A stretch of DNA of 64,000 nt from Octopus vulgaris (taxonomy: Eukaryota), in NCBI GenBank assembly GCA_951406725.2, contig OX597818.1, forward strand, positions 50,220,001 through 50,284,000. Direction: 5' to 3'. Shown in pieces: positions 12,930 to 25,831 of the stretch. Within the stretch, counting starts at the first letter, position 1. Each line of letters starts with the position of its first letter. The position numbers were made by a program, and so were the translations under genes. The notes under the pieces were generated by a model. It saw only the letters and a program-made list of their open reading frames with translations. It searched no databases and was not told the DNA's origin.

Positions 12930-13245
12930 ATCACGCTTCAGGGCCAGTTACTGCAACAGCCTGGGTTTCAAGGGCCAACAGCTTTTTAATATTCTCCCAA
13001 AAAAGTCTGAGGGACTTGCACACAGTAGATGTAGGGGGTTTTAAATCAAAGCTGGACCTCTTCCTGTCGAGAGTCCTAGATGAGCCTACCTCACGGCAAG
13101 AGGTGCAAATGAGAGTAGCTATATCAAACTCCATTCTTCATCAAGTGCAACATATTAGAGGAGGCTCCTAGTAATAACAGTGTAGCGCAAAACGGCGGTG
13201 CATCAGCATGGCCGCAGCTCTGAGCTGAAACTAAAAAAAAAAATC
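12930..13245 (+). mobile_element. CR1/L2-group LINE 3' fragment
   Basis: Peptide FKSKLDLFLSRVLDEP...SNSILHQ, then a 3' tail GGCGGTGCATCAGCATGGCCGCAG..CTGAAAC and poly(A). Confidence 0.7.
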
Positions 13246-13299
13246 AGCAGAAAGAACTAATGAAATATGCGAGAGTGCTTAAAATTCGAAACTCCTTCA

Positions 13300-13520
13300 T
13301 AAGGTTTCTTTTAATGATATTTCCCAACATATCATCAATCATTCGAGAGCAGACGACAAGATATGCTGGCCACTGCTATCCGAGTAAAGATGAATTAGTG
13401 AGTGAGCTCCAACTGTGGACCCGGAGCCATGCGAATTCTCATCTCGGATGACCCTGAAATGACGTCCTTTGACCAATTCTCTCGTGATGTTGAGTTACAA
13501 AGAGAAAACCTCAAAAAATG
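13300..13520 (+). mobile_element. Old RTE-like LINE fragment
   Basis: PNISSIIREQTTRYAGHC..KDELVSELQLW resembles the C-terminal peptide of the 6.5 kb element. Confidence 0.55.
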
Positions 13521-13568
13521 TCTTGGAATATTCAAATTTTCTTTTAAGTCCTTTTTAGAAGAATAACG

Positions 13569-13990
13569 GGATCTTTTCTGTTTGAACGGCAGTTTTTAAC
13601 ATAATTTCTAGGTAACTAAAGCATTTTAAACTTCGTATACTGGTAGAATGTGTTTATAAAATATCTTTTTCTCTTGGCTTTATTGAGAAAATTCTATTGT
13701 TTGTAAGATATTTGTTGTTGTTTTTTTCTTCAATTTCTGCAATTTCAACCAATCAATGACGTCCATTGAGGTAAAAAGAAAAACACTCTGTGCCGTATGA
13801 ATATGCCCCTCGTTTAAGAAACAGATTGGGTTTATTTACATTTGTGAAGAAAAAAAATACCCTCCCCCCACCCCTAACCCTAACCCTAAAACAGATTGAA
13901 ATGCAATAGATCGATACTAGGGTCATAATTATGGGTGACAATTTCATATGACACCGCTAGAAAAAACTGCCGTTCAACCCGAAAAGATCC
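13569..13990 (+). mobile_element. hAT-type MITE with perfect 8-bp TSD
   Basis: TIRs GGATCTTTTC..TTGAACGGCAGTTTTT; TSD GAATAACG at 13561-13568 and 13991-13998; internal CCCTAACCCTAACCCTAA. Confidence 0.92.
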
Positions 13991-14849
13991 GAATAACGTT
14001 CCAAAGAGCCGACCCTTGAGCCTCAACGGCAAAGGTCGACAGTATCTTTTGCCTTGACGAACCGAATACCGTATATGTGGGTGGACGTTGGGACGGATAC
14101 GTATCAGTGGATAGACCGTAGGCGAGATAAATGCTGCTAAAATTTGAAAGATGAGAATTATCTATTTAAATACATCTAATTATATTTTTCCATCAAATCA
14201 ATGAATAATCACAAATGCAAGAAAACCATTTTTGCTTAGCGACGGATATCAATTAGTAACCAAAGAACTCAATTTAGTTGCAATTTATTTCAATCAGAGC
14301 CTCTTTTGAATCTATTTATATAGACAGAATCTGTATAACGTAAGTGTGAACAGGATGTATTGAACAGTATTTAGCGTAATAAAAAAAGAAAGCCATTTTA
14401 TTTTAATGCAAACAGTCGACACGTCAAAGTGAAACTTGAAACTGTTTGTTGCTTGAATACTCCATATTAGTTACCAGACTTGTTGATATCAATGGCAGGA
14501 TGTTATCCAGATAGAGCCACCAAGTCAATGCTTTCAAACTGTTCATTCGTGCTTGTGTTTGGGTGGTTAAGGAGTTCGCTTTGCAACGATGTGGTTTCGG
14601 GTTCAGTCTCATTGCACTGCACTTTAGGCAAGTATCTTCTACTATAAAACCTGCCGAAGTCGACTATGCCTTTCATCTTTCCGGGGTTGATAAATACTAT
14701 CCAAGTACTGGAGTTAATCTAATGGACATGTTCCCTCCCACTAAATTTATGATCTTCACCTAGATCAGAAATCTCGGAATTTACCCTCTTGGTCTTAAAG
14801 CTTAAACTTAATTTTTTTTTTGGTTCCTGTTTTTTTTATATGCATTTTT

Positions 14850-17198
14850 GGGGCTGAGAGAACGAGATACGAGAGCGTTGTCGGCTCTTTGGAATCCAGT
14901 GCTAGGAACGAAAGTGGTGTGATGATCCTGGACTTGGTCAAAAGCCATGGGCGTTGCATTGCTGGCTCCAGGTACCAACGCCTTGAGCTGCATCGCTAGA
15001 TTTGGTATTCCAATACTGGTCCAGTGCCAAATGAGATCAAGCACGTACTTGTAAATGGCTGCTGGAGAACCTTATAGAATTGTAGGGCTTTTCAGAATGC
15101 TGGTTTCATAGGCACCGACCACAGACTTGTTGTGGATGAATTGAAATTGCGACTGAAGTCTAAGAAGATGAAGGCGACCAGTCTCAGACTGGATAAAACT
15201 CACAGACAACAGTGTTAGAACTTGGATCTGTGTTACTGGGACTGACTCCTCGTTTGATCCTGTGTGAATGTGGGAAACTTATAGGGGACAACCTACTATC
15301 GACTGCTAGGGAATATATTGGTTTCCGAAATTGGGTCAAGAAACGTTTCCCTTCCTGGAAGACCCTCGCATTGGTATAGCGTAGCTGCAAGGCGAGACTG
15401 GGTGGAGCCCCTGGTGTTTCGGGGACTGATATGGGTTGTCAGAGCACTGAGGTCCGACAAGGAAATGTAAGTTCGAGAAATATGTGAGGCGGTCAAATGT
15501 CGGCTTCAACTTGTCCCACTCACGTACTGCCTACAGAGGAATCGCTATGCTCAATGGAGTGAACCCTTCCCCTTCGGTGTCCTGGAGTCTTGGACTCTGA
15601 TGGCGCACCTCTAACGGAGGAGTCCAAATAGATGGTTCGCTGGGTATCGTACTTTGAGAAGTTGTATAACGTGGACTCACCTAGTGCTGATCTGAATACC
15701 ACGATGCATTCAGGGCTGGTGACCGACCAGACAGTCAGCTGTGATCTGCCATGCGAAGACGAGGTTCGTACGGTGGTAAATCAGCTGAAGGGCGGGAAGG
15801 CAACCGAAGTTTGTGACATTTACGGGGGAGATTATCAAGAAAGGTGGGTCTGCTACAGATCATCCGTTCAATCTGGACAGCGGCATCATACCGCTTGACA
15901 GGATTCTAGAGCTGCAAGGCGGCGAACTGGCAGAATCGTTAGCACGCCGGCCGAAATGCTAAGCGGTATTTCGTCTGCCGCTACGTTCTGAGTTCAAATT
16001 CCGCCGAGGTCAACTTTGCCTTTCATCCTTTCGGGGTCGATTAAATAAGTACCACTTACACACTGGGGTCGATATAATCGACTTAATCCGTTTGTCTGTC
16101 CTTGTTTGTCTCCTCTGTGTTTAGCCCCTTGTGGGCAGTAAAGAAATAGGTATACCTCCTCAACTGATTGGGATGATGACTGCATTGTACACGGAAACAG
16201 TAAGTGCAGTTCAGACTGGTGACTCAACATCTGGCTGTTTCCCCAGTTAGATCTGGGCTCTGTCAGTGTTGTGTCTTGACTCCCACTCTGTACAATGCTT
16301 GCATAGATTGGATACTTGGCTGAATGGCGGCTCAATTGAGTTGTGGTACACTCATTGGGGAAACTAGGACGTAGATTTTACAAACGATGCAGTTATTCTT
16401 GCTGAGTGCCTGAATATTTTAAAGACCACTCTCCTTTCACCGAGGGAGGAAGCGGAACCACTTGGCCTTAGAGTCTTTTGTGTCAAGACAAAGATGCAGT
16501 CATTCACTGGCTTTTTGGACGACCCCACCTCGTCAGTGTCTGTTACTGGTGAGACTGTCGAAGTTACTGTCTGTTTTACTTATCCCAGCAGTGTGATCCA
16601 TAGTAGCATTAGCTATGAGTCTGAAGTCTTAAAAAGACTTGGACATGCTGGCACAATTGTGAACTCATTAGATAAGGGTGTTTGGTACTGCTAGTATCGG
16701 TGCAGAAGGACTAAGGTTCGGGTTTTTAGATCTCTGTCCTTCCCTGTCTTGTTCTATACTTGCGAGACTTGGACACTATCCTTAGGAACTGCCTGAACTC
16801 CTTTGATACCAGGACATGTCGCAGGATTATGGGTTACCATTGGCCTGATTTCGTGTCCAACCAATGGCTCTACTCAGAAACTGAGAGGCGTCCTGTTACG
16901 TGTATGATTCGGGAGAGTCAGCTCAGACTGTTTGGCCATGTTGATCAATTTTGGCTATGTGTTCCGAGTTAAACCCTGCCTACTTTGTTCTCTTCACTGA
17001 GGATCCGGTTGGGTTGACGGCTCGTGTTGGTCGACCACATGCCACATGGTCACGGCAGATGAAAAGGTATCTCGTGAAGATGGGGGCTAACTGGGGCTCT
17101 GCTCGACGAGTCATCCGAGACGACCCGGGAATATACCGACAAATGGGGAATGCAGCAACGTGCTGCAACGGCGCATGCCCTTACGTATGACCTGACCT
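14850..17198 (+). mobile_element. Decayed RTE-clade LINE (APE remnant, linker, RT 3' part), interrupted by a family B SINE at 15917-16150
   Basis: Peptides TDHRLVV, RWVSYFEKLYN...EVRTVVNQLKGGKA, ETVEVTVCFTYPSSVI, VLFYTCETWTL, LRLFGHV, GRPHATW; ends in short TGACC repeats. Confidence 0.8.
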
Positions 17199-17357
17199 AT
17201 GAGATCGACATGATTGAAACATCATTGGTAAGTCCGCGTGATCAGGGCGGACTTGGAGCTAAAAGACGACGATGACCACCACCACCACAATGACGACAGG
17301 GTCGCTATAGATTTTGAAATAAACAATACATGAAGTACATGAAATAAACAATACATA

Positions 17358-17770
17358 GGCGTAGGAGTGGCTGTGTGGTAAGTAGCTTGCTTACAAGTCA
17401 CATGATTCTGGGTTCAGTCCCACTGCGTGGCACCTTGGGCGAGTGTCTTCTACTATAACCTCGGGCCGACCAAAGCCTTGTGAGTGAATTTCGTAGATGG
17501 AAACTGAAAGAAGCCCGTCGTATATATGTATATATGGATATGTATGTATGTGTGTGTATATGTTTGTGTGTCTGTGTTTGTCCTCCCAACATCGCTTGAC
17601 AACCGACGTTGATGTGTTTACGTCCCCCGTAACTTAGTGGTCGGGAAAAGAGATCGATAGAATAAGTACTAGGCTTACAAAGAATAAGTCCAGGGGTCGA
17701 TTTGATCGACTAAAGGCGGTGCTCCAGCATGGTCACAGTCAAATGACTGAAACAAGTAAAAGATTAACAG
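17358..17770 (+). mobile_element. SINE family A
   Basis: Same head, body and tail as 8617-9016. Confidence 0.9.
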
Positions 17771-18157
17771 AGTAATACAACACGGGTTATCCATTTGGAG
17801 TGGATGGGTTTGGCCGTTAATAGTTAATCCATAAGCAAAACATGTCAACTAGGGTTTCAAATATTGCATCAAAAAAGTGCTAAGGGCTCAGGAGTTTTAT
17901 TTTATAATTTATTTAAGTGAACGATTAACAGAATCTGTTTTTGAGATTATCGTTGTTGTTGTCACGATGATGTTAACTACGATGGTAATGATGGTAAATA
18001 GTTTTGGACCAAAACAACCGTTTTCCCCTCTTCGTCTTCCATACTGTCTTGTCCTTTAGGCCACACACTGGCTTACAATGTCTGCTCTATCCTCCACAGA
18101 ATAACTTCCCACCGTAAATCCCTTGTCGATCAAAAAACATGAACAAAGCTGAACATA

Positions 18158-18305
18158 GTGGTAAGTAGCTTGCTAACCAGCTACATGCTTCCGGGTTCAG
18201 TCCCACTGCGTGGCATCTTGAGCAAGTGTCTTCTGCTATAGCCCCGGGCCGACCAATGCCTTGTGAGTGGATTTGGTAGACGGAAACTGAAAGAAGCCTG
18301 TTTTA

Positions 18306-18342
<37 letters not shown>

Positions 18343-18575
18343 ATGTGTGTGTATATGTTTGTGTGTCTGTGTTTGTCCCCCTAGCATTGCTTGACAACCG
18401 ATGCTGGTGTGTTTACGTCCCCGTCACTTAGCGGTTCGGCAAAAGAGACCGATAGAATAAGTACTGGGCTTACAAAGAATAAGTCCCGGGGTTGATCTGC
18501 TCAACTAAAGGCGGTGCTCCAGCATGGCCGCAGTCAAATGACTGAAACAAGTATAAAAGAGTAAAAAAAAAAGAG
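18158..18575 (+). mobile_element. SINE family A (slightly 5'-truncated)
   Basis: Same body and tail as 8617-9016. Confidence 0.88.
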
Positions 18576-19467
18576 TATATGAATCTCACCAGTCTTGACT
18601 TCACAAGAGAGCCTCTACGTGACCGCTCGATCTGCTAGTGACAACAGCCAAATCTCTTTCAAATCTCACGCCGATAGGATGACATATTAGATACTGTAGC
18701 CATAGATACAATACGTCTGGATAAAAGGTGAAACGGACACGGCTAGAATGTCTTCAACATGTCTGTTTAATCAGAGCTGACCAGGGATTAAGCACCAACC
18801 GCTCACTCGACCTGCTAGAAATAGCAGCCAAGTCTTCCTTATATCATAAACTTGCCGTCTTAGAGGACGAATCGATAAAAAAAAAAAAAAGACAAGATGA
18901 TCTTGGCTGGAATACCTTTGACACAGGTGTGCTTGATTACGGCTGATCAAAGTCTAAAAAGCAGCAATTACAAAATATATCGTCACCACTCCTCAGTTGC
19001 TACCAGCAATGTCGTAATCTTTTTTAATTAAAGGTGTTTTCTAAGAAAAAATGACGGTAAAATTTCTCTGTAACTATGGCTTACAGTCTTAAAAAAGAAA
19101 CGATAACTAGGATTTGTCACGGTTGGAACGCTTTGAAATATATATCTATTCGATCAGAGCCGAATATGGTAAAAAAAAATACCAGATAAGACGAGTGGAA
19201 ACACTTGAAGGGCTAAACATATCATATTACCATTGTAGAAGACACGGAAATAAAGCTATTGATGTTTCCGAAATAGATTTAGAGTACCAGAACGTGTGGG
19301 TGGTTAATATGTGGGAGGCCGAAAAGAAATGGTTCTCCGCAGTTTCCGACTAAAAATATTCCAATTGTTCGGTCGAATGAACTAATAAGTCATTGAATCA
19401 GCGTAGGTAGTTGAGTGTTCCTTAAAATAGACAGTAGTATCCTTAACGTAGTCCCAAAACAGAATCA

Positions 19468-19880
19468 TATTTCTTTACTACCCACAAGGGGCTAAACACG
19501 GAGAGGACAAACAAGGACAGACAGACGGATTAAGTCGATTATATCGACCCCAGTGCGTAACTGGTTCTTAATTTATCGACCCCGAAAGGATGAAAGGTAA
19601 AGTCGACCTCGGCGGAATTTGAACTCAGAACGCAGTGGCGGACGAAATACCTATTTCTTTACTACCCACAAGGAGCTAAACACAGAGGGGACAAACAAGG
19701 ACAGACAAACGGATTAAGTTGATTATATCGACCCCAGTGCATAACTGGTACTTAGTTAATCGACCCCGAAAAGATGAAAGGCAAAGTCGACCTCGGCGGA
19801 ATTTGAACTCAGAACGCAGTGGCGGACGAAATACCTCTAAGCAGTTCGCCCGGCGTGCTAACGTTTCTGCCAGCTCGCCG
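19468..19880 (-). mobile_element. Tandem dimer of family B SINE
   Basis: Two bodies joined at AAAGAAATAGG|TATTTCGTCC (minus strand), one head. Confidence 0.85.
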
Positions 19881-20897
19881 TCTTGGGGGGTTACGTTAAG
19901 TGTGATAAAACTAGCTTTTTGAATTGAAATTAGCTCATTCGATGGGATTCAACGGTTTCCATCTAGTCAGTTTTAGTAACAAGGCTTGGGGTGACCCGTG
20001 GCCATGATAAAGAAAAACTTGCCCAAGATGCCGCGCAGTGAGATTCCCTCTCCCACACCGGGCGCCATGGTTGCGAAGTGAACTTCTTAAATATTCAGCT
20101 ATATTTCTGTCCATCGAAGAACAAGACACACTATTGGCAACAAGGGGATCAAAAGGTGGTTGTGTGAGTTCAACCATCATGACTAGAAATAGCAGCCAAG
20201 TCTCCTTCAAATCACACTCCATCATATTCTAGTGATCCACTACAAAACTAAGATCGCGACATGATATGTAATTCTTAATTAACAATCATTTCTGTGTCAC
20301 TATTTTATTCTTTAGTCAACATGTCTCTGAAATAAATGTTATATAAGTGATAAGGAATTTTAAGTCTGTCTTGGAACAATAACAATAAAACAAAAGAGTA
20401 TCTATAAAAGAAAACCAATATAGTGTTTAAATTAACCAAAAGCTTCATAAGTATCTTTCATTTACTCTTGAAACGATGTTGGTCAAAAGCTACGTTTTGC
20501 TTCAACATATTTCTCCCACTTTTTCTGATTGGTACTTTAGGAATTATCCATTTTGTTAGTCTATGGCTATTTGCTTTGCATGTTCTACAGTCGTTATAAA
20601 GATATTTTTAGCATTTGAAGTATTTCGAGTCTTCTTAAATGTCTTCTTTCTTTCACTCTCTCTCAAGTCCTTAAATATATTTATTCACAGCACGTTTCGT
20701 TTTGTTTTATGCCTATGTTTGGTTTTAAACCTATATATGTATCTATGAGCCTATGTTTGGCTTTGTTACATACTTATATATATATATATATATATATATG
20801 TAGGTCCCGGGTAGATTCGGGGTTAACCACAGTAAGTAAGGTACTCAATACATAGCAGAGTAAAATTAATTTATTATATAATAAATTATATAATATA

Positions 20898-20956
<59 letters not shown>

Positions 20957-21394
20957 ATGGTTCGAGCCAAAGCGACTTGTTTATCCCTATTTGTACTCTA
21001 TCATCCCACTCAAATCATCTCTCACTTGCTATTTCAACGCCGCAAACTGGCTTGATATTTATTATTCTTCGACCAATATGTATTCTATTTTTACGATTGC
21101 ATCACCACTTCGCTATAGCTCCTCCTTTCTCACGAACCAAGAAACTACATCATTATGCTCTCCACCGATTCCACTCATCCCCTTTCATTCACCGTCTTCT
21201 CCCCCTCTGATACTTTCTTTATTCTTTAAACCTTCTCCTTCGCCATCTTTTACTCCTCTCATACTTTCTTTACACCTTCTCCTTCGCCATCTTTTACTCC
21301 TCTCGTACTTTCTTTACACCTTCTCCTTCACTGTCTTCTCCCCTTCAGTTTTTCATATCTCACCCTTCCTCCCGCGGTAAAAGCGGCGTCACAT

Positions 21395-21419
21395 ATTCGA
21401 GAAAGTTCTCGATATTTCT
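21395..21419. promoter_or_regulatory. Heat-shock element (five nGAAn units)
   Basis: TTC-ga-GAA-ag-TTC-tc-GAT-at-TTC with exact 5-bp phasing (4 of 5 units perfect), ~870 bp upstream of the HSPBP1 ATG. Confidence 0.7.
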
Positions 21420-21854
21420 GACAGTCTATCGATTTCTCGGCATACTACTTACTACTACTACTAACATCATCACATTATTACTAATCCTAATACTACTATT
21501 AATTCCACCACCACCACCAACACCTCCAATCTTACTTATTACTCCCCTTCGTCTTACTCACACCGCCACCATTAATATTACTAACACTAACTAATACTAT
21601 TAACACCAGGAACGCTATTGTGTTAATCCTCCTCCTCCTCTCTCTTCGGCTTACGTCTAACGCCGTCAATAATATTACTAACCCCGATACTATTATTAAC
21701 ACCGTAAACAATATCATTATTACAAGTCCTCCTCCTCCTCCTCCTCCTCGTCGTAGTCTTACTACTAACACCACTACCATCAATACTAATACTACTAATA
21801 TATATATATGTCCTATACCACCAATGTTACTATTACAACTCCTACTGCTATAGT

Positions 21855-22200
21855 TTAAGCGGAAGTATCCAACAAATATTGTTGACAGCCGAATCTACTT
21901 GTAACACTGGAAAACAAAGGTGTCTGGAGAGAGAAGATTGAGAGAAGAAAGCAGAGAAAGGAGGGAGAAGCGTAGAATCGCGTGTGTGACTTTACTACGA
22001 CATTACTATAGTATAGTAGTAAAGCGAGGTTATAGAAATCACTACTCTTACTGCTACCTGAGTGGGCGCCTCCTCCTTCCACACTGTTTATTATAAGGAT
22101 TGTTAAGTGGGAACCTTCTCTCTACTCGGCCTTCTCTCTTTCTCTCTCTACTCGGCCTTCTCTCTTTCTCTCTCTCTCTCGCCACTCGAGTGTGACTTCT
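21855..22200 (+). promoter_or_regulatory. Putative HSPBP1 core promoter / 5' UTR
   Basis: TE-free stretch with ETS-like GCGGAAGT (~21860), TATA-like TTATTATAAG (~22088) and pyrimidine-rich TACTCGGCCTTCTCTCT repeated twice about 30-60 bp downstream. Confidence 0.45.
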
Positions 22201-22289
22201 CCCTCCTACTCGGTCAGTTGCCGACTACTACGTTTAGTGTTCAAACCTTTCCCACAGAAGGATTCGTTCATATATACTTAGCGCCGACG

Positions 22290-22421
22290 ATGCCTGGTGA
22301 TCAGAGAGAAGATAGAATTCCGTCCAACATGAAGGACTTGCTCAAGTTTTGTATGGAAAATACGAAGGCTGAAGATGCGCCCAGTGCAGGGGCATCCCAG
22401 GTCAATGAACTGGGAACAGAA
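22290..22421 (+). CDS. HSPBP1: HSPBP1/Fes1 coding exon 1 (MPGDQREDRIPSNMKDLLKFCMENTKAEDAPSAGASQVNELGTE)
   Basis: ATG in GACGATG context, Fes1 N-terminal motif (LLKFC..T), donor GAA|GTGAGT, phase 0. Confidence 0.88.
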
Positions 22422-22557
22422 GTGAGTAGATCCTGTCTCTATTGTTATTGTATTATCTTCTTGTGAACTTTTCTGGTAAATTCTATTCATCACTTTTACC
22501 AATATGAACATTGTTTACTGAATATTACTTGATATCATAGTATAGATGTTTAATATG

Positions 22558-22875
22558 TTTCTTTACTACCCACAAGGGGCCAAACACAGAGGGGACAACA
22601 AACAAGGACAGATAGAGGGATTAAAGTCGATTACGTCGACCCCCAGTGCGAAACTGGTACTTTATTTATCGACCCCGAAAAGATGAAAGGCAAAGTCGCC
22701 CTCGGCGGAATTTGAACTCAGAACTCATACCTATTTCTTTACTGCCCACAAAGGGCCAAACACAGAGGGGACAAATAAGGAAAGACAAAGCGATTACGTC
22801 GACCCCAGTGCGAAACTGGTACTTTATTTATCGACCCCCGAAAGGATGAAAAGCAAAAAAGTCGACCTCAGCTTT
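22558..22875 (-). mobile_element. Headless tandem dimer of family B SINE in intron 1
   Basis: Two partial bodies with Meta-like core. Confidence 0.8.
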
Positions 22876-23415
22876 GCCTTTCATGTTTAATATGAAGATG
22901 GGGGCCACACGAATTATATATAAATGGGGCGACAGACACACCAGAGATGTGTAAATATAAATGGGGCAATACAACAATGTATCTGTTAATGAGATCTACA
23001 CGAAAGTATTGATGTGTAAACACGATTTCTCAACTGTGTAGATGTGTAAAAGAAACTAGAGACAACATATGTAAACCCAACTAAACTAGACATGTTAAAC
23101 TCCGTGTTTTGATCTGGTCCTAACTTCAGGCACAGAATTCGATATCGATCATCCCTTCGACACGAAGTTCCCTTATCGATTCAGTCTTGTTTTGTCTGTG
23201 ATCGTAGTAAACAAACAATCGGGTGGAATCATTTTACTAAGACTTGGAATTCGTGTCGTGTTGTAAATATTAACAGAAATCTCATTTTCTCAAACATACG
23301 CTTGCTTTATTATTATGTGTAATGGTTTAAAAAAATGTGATGGAGACCCAGCATGGCTGTAAACCCCCCATGTTTGAAATTAGTCCGTGTTTAAATTGTC
23401 TTTTATATATAAAGA

Positions 23416-23819
23416 CTAGCAGTATCGCCCGGCGTTGCTCGGGTTTGTAAGGGAAATAACTATATAAGCATTTTTAGAGAGTTATAGCCAAAAAATAGCA
23501 AAAAATGCATTAAAGATGGAAAAAAAAAATGATGGTAAATTTTTTAAAAAATCGTTGACACATCGTAGACATTTTTAGAGAGTTACTTCCCTTATATAAT
23601 AGCGAAAAAATGCATTAAAATGGAAAAAAAACGATGGTAATTATTTTTTTAAATCGTAGACTCATCGTAGACGTGTGCTAATACCCAGAAGGGCTCAATA
23701 TGAATCACGACTATAAGATACCCGGTTTTGGTTAAATTGCACCGCAAAATGTGGGAGTAGTTAGGAATCTAAATCGTAGGAGACAGACAGACACACAACT
23801 TCTCTTTTATATATAAAGA
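23416..23819 (-). mobile_element. Non-autonomous Helitron
   Basis: Reverse complement of the 10929-11324 family: TC start at 23819, hairpin, CTAG end at 23416. Confidence 0.9.
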
Positions 23820-25337
23820 TGACATGAAAAGACGACGGTATGGTCACGGTTGGCACCTGCATGTTGGTGGTGGAGGCTAAACAAGACAACAAATATAGAG
23901 ATCGGTCTTTTCGAAGAATGTGTCGTAGGAATAACATTGCATTTGTCTCTGTTGAAATTATGAAGTCTTTGGACAATATGGTCGATTACTGCGTTGGACT
24001 TTTTTTTCAAACAAGCTAAAATACTATTAAAATACATCGATCTTTATTAGATTTACTAATTTATTAGGATATATCGATACAAGCCACTGATTCAGATATT
24101 AATTTTTCTTTTTCGTTTTCTGTTTTTTTTTCTTCGTTGTTTTGTTTCACCTTTTAAATACCTTTAAATCCTGAACCCAAGGCAAACTCCACGCTCTCCT
24201 TCAACCAGCTAGAAGTAGTAACCAAATCTCCTTCATTATACCCTAACCTTTTAAAAAGAAAGGATACATTGACTAATGTACTCCCAGACACATTATACCT
24301 GGTAAAAAAAAAAAACAGAAAGGGACAGTTTGATGACAATAAGAGCTGCTCAACCCGGTTAATCTGTGGCCAGACATGTTGGAAGTATTTGTCTTCTCTT
24401 AGAGACTGCCTTTCCGTTAATTTAATCTCAAGTCAGTTCAATAATAATTAGTGGTATATTTGTAACATTACATAAGACCGATATCTCCAAGAGGAAAAAT
24501 CGATCGTCGGCATCACAATAATCGATAATCTATCCGTATTGGAGATAAAATATCGAATTGTGCACTTAAACTGATCGTTGAAAAAGCTAGCAACACATTT
24601 TCAAACTGGCATTTATTCAAGGTGTTTATTTAACCGTTTGCACTGCACACATCGTCTTTCGAAGTAACAAAATCTAAAGTTCTTAGCGATGGATGTATAT
24701 GTATATTCATTATATAATGTATTAACGTGCATTGTAAAGGCTGCAGGAACTATGAAAAAATGGGTTATAAATGGACAACAAACTTCTACTTTCTTCACAT
24801 TTACTGATTGATAACAATTTCCACCAAACAGTATTTTTATATAAACTTTGTTGAGATGTGAAGGTATTCTTTCACCAACTTTTTTTTTTAGTTGCGATGA
24901 CTTTGTATCGCGGCCTTGCCTTTCAGACGATTTCGACGGTGTGGGAAGAAGGGATAATCGCCATGTGTCTTAAAGAGGATCTTTCCCCATGTGCGAGTTG
25001 TACTGTGTAGACTATAATAACAGGACAACAAAAGCATTTGATCAATTCTCGTAATTAAAATGCAAATAATTTGGTGTTTCAAGAGAGCCCAGCTGCTTAT
25101 TTTGTTGACTTCGGATGAGATTTCAATCCCGATTTAAATTTATTCAATAGGGGAGTAATTCTGTAGTAAAACCGTAAATATTATAAAGATAACATTTGTA
25201 TACTCAGTAATGATTATTAAAAAAAAAAAAGACTAAAATGTAATTGACAGGCAGAAGTTTAGTAACAACTGTATAAATTGTAAAACTTTTTCGTTGAGTT
25301 TATTTCTCAAGAAATATTACTATTTCCGTAAATATTA

Positions 25338-25831
25338 GGATATTTTCGGTTTGAACAGCAGTTTTTTTCTAGCGGTGTCATATGAAATTGTCACCCATAA
25401 TTATGACCCTAGTATTGCATTTCAATCTGTTTTAGAGTTAGTTAGGGATATGAAATTGTCACCCATAACTATGACCCTAGTATCGATCTATTGCATTTCA
25501 ATCTGTTTTAAGGTTAGGGTTAGTTACGGTTAGGAGTGGGGGAAGGGTATCTTTTTTCTTCAGAAATGTAAATAAACCCAATCTGTTTCTTAAACGAGGG
25601 ACATATTCATACGGCGCAGAATGTTTTCACCTCAATAGACGTCATTGATTGGTTGAAATTGCAGAAAGTGAAGAAAAACAACAACAAATATCTTACAAAG
25701 TATAGAATTTTCTCAATAAAGCCAAGAGAAAAAGATGTTTTATAAACACATTCTACCAGTATACGAAGTTTAAAAGTGTTTAGTTACGTGGAAATTATTT
25801 TAAAAAACTGCCGTTCAAACTGAAAAGATCC
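25338..25831 (-). mobile_element. hAT-type MITE
   Basis: Same TIRs as 13569; TSD AAATATTA/AAATGTTA (7 of 8); carries an internal ~70-bp duplication. Confidence 0.88.

Noticed and set aside
22107-22289. N-terminal extension of HSPBP1 with signal-peptide-like hydrophobic stretch (SIL1-like)
   Set aside because: The ORF opens at GTG within a CT-rich 5' UTR; the first ATG is 22290, and the protein has no KDEL-like C-terminus.
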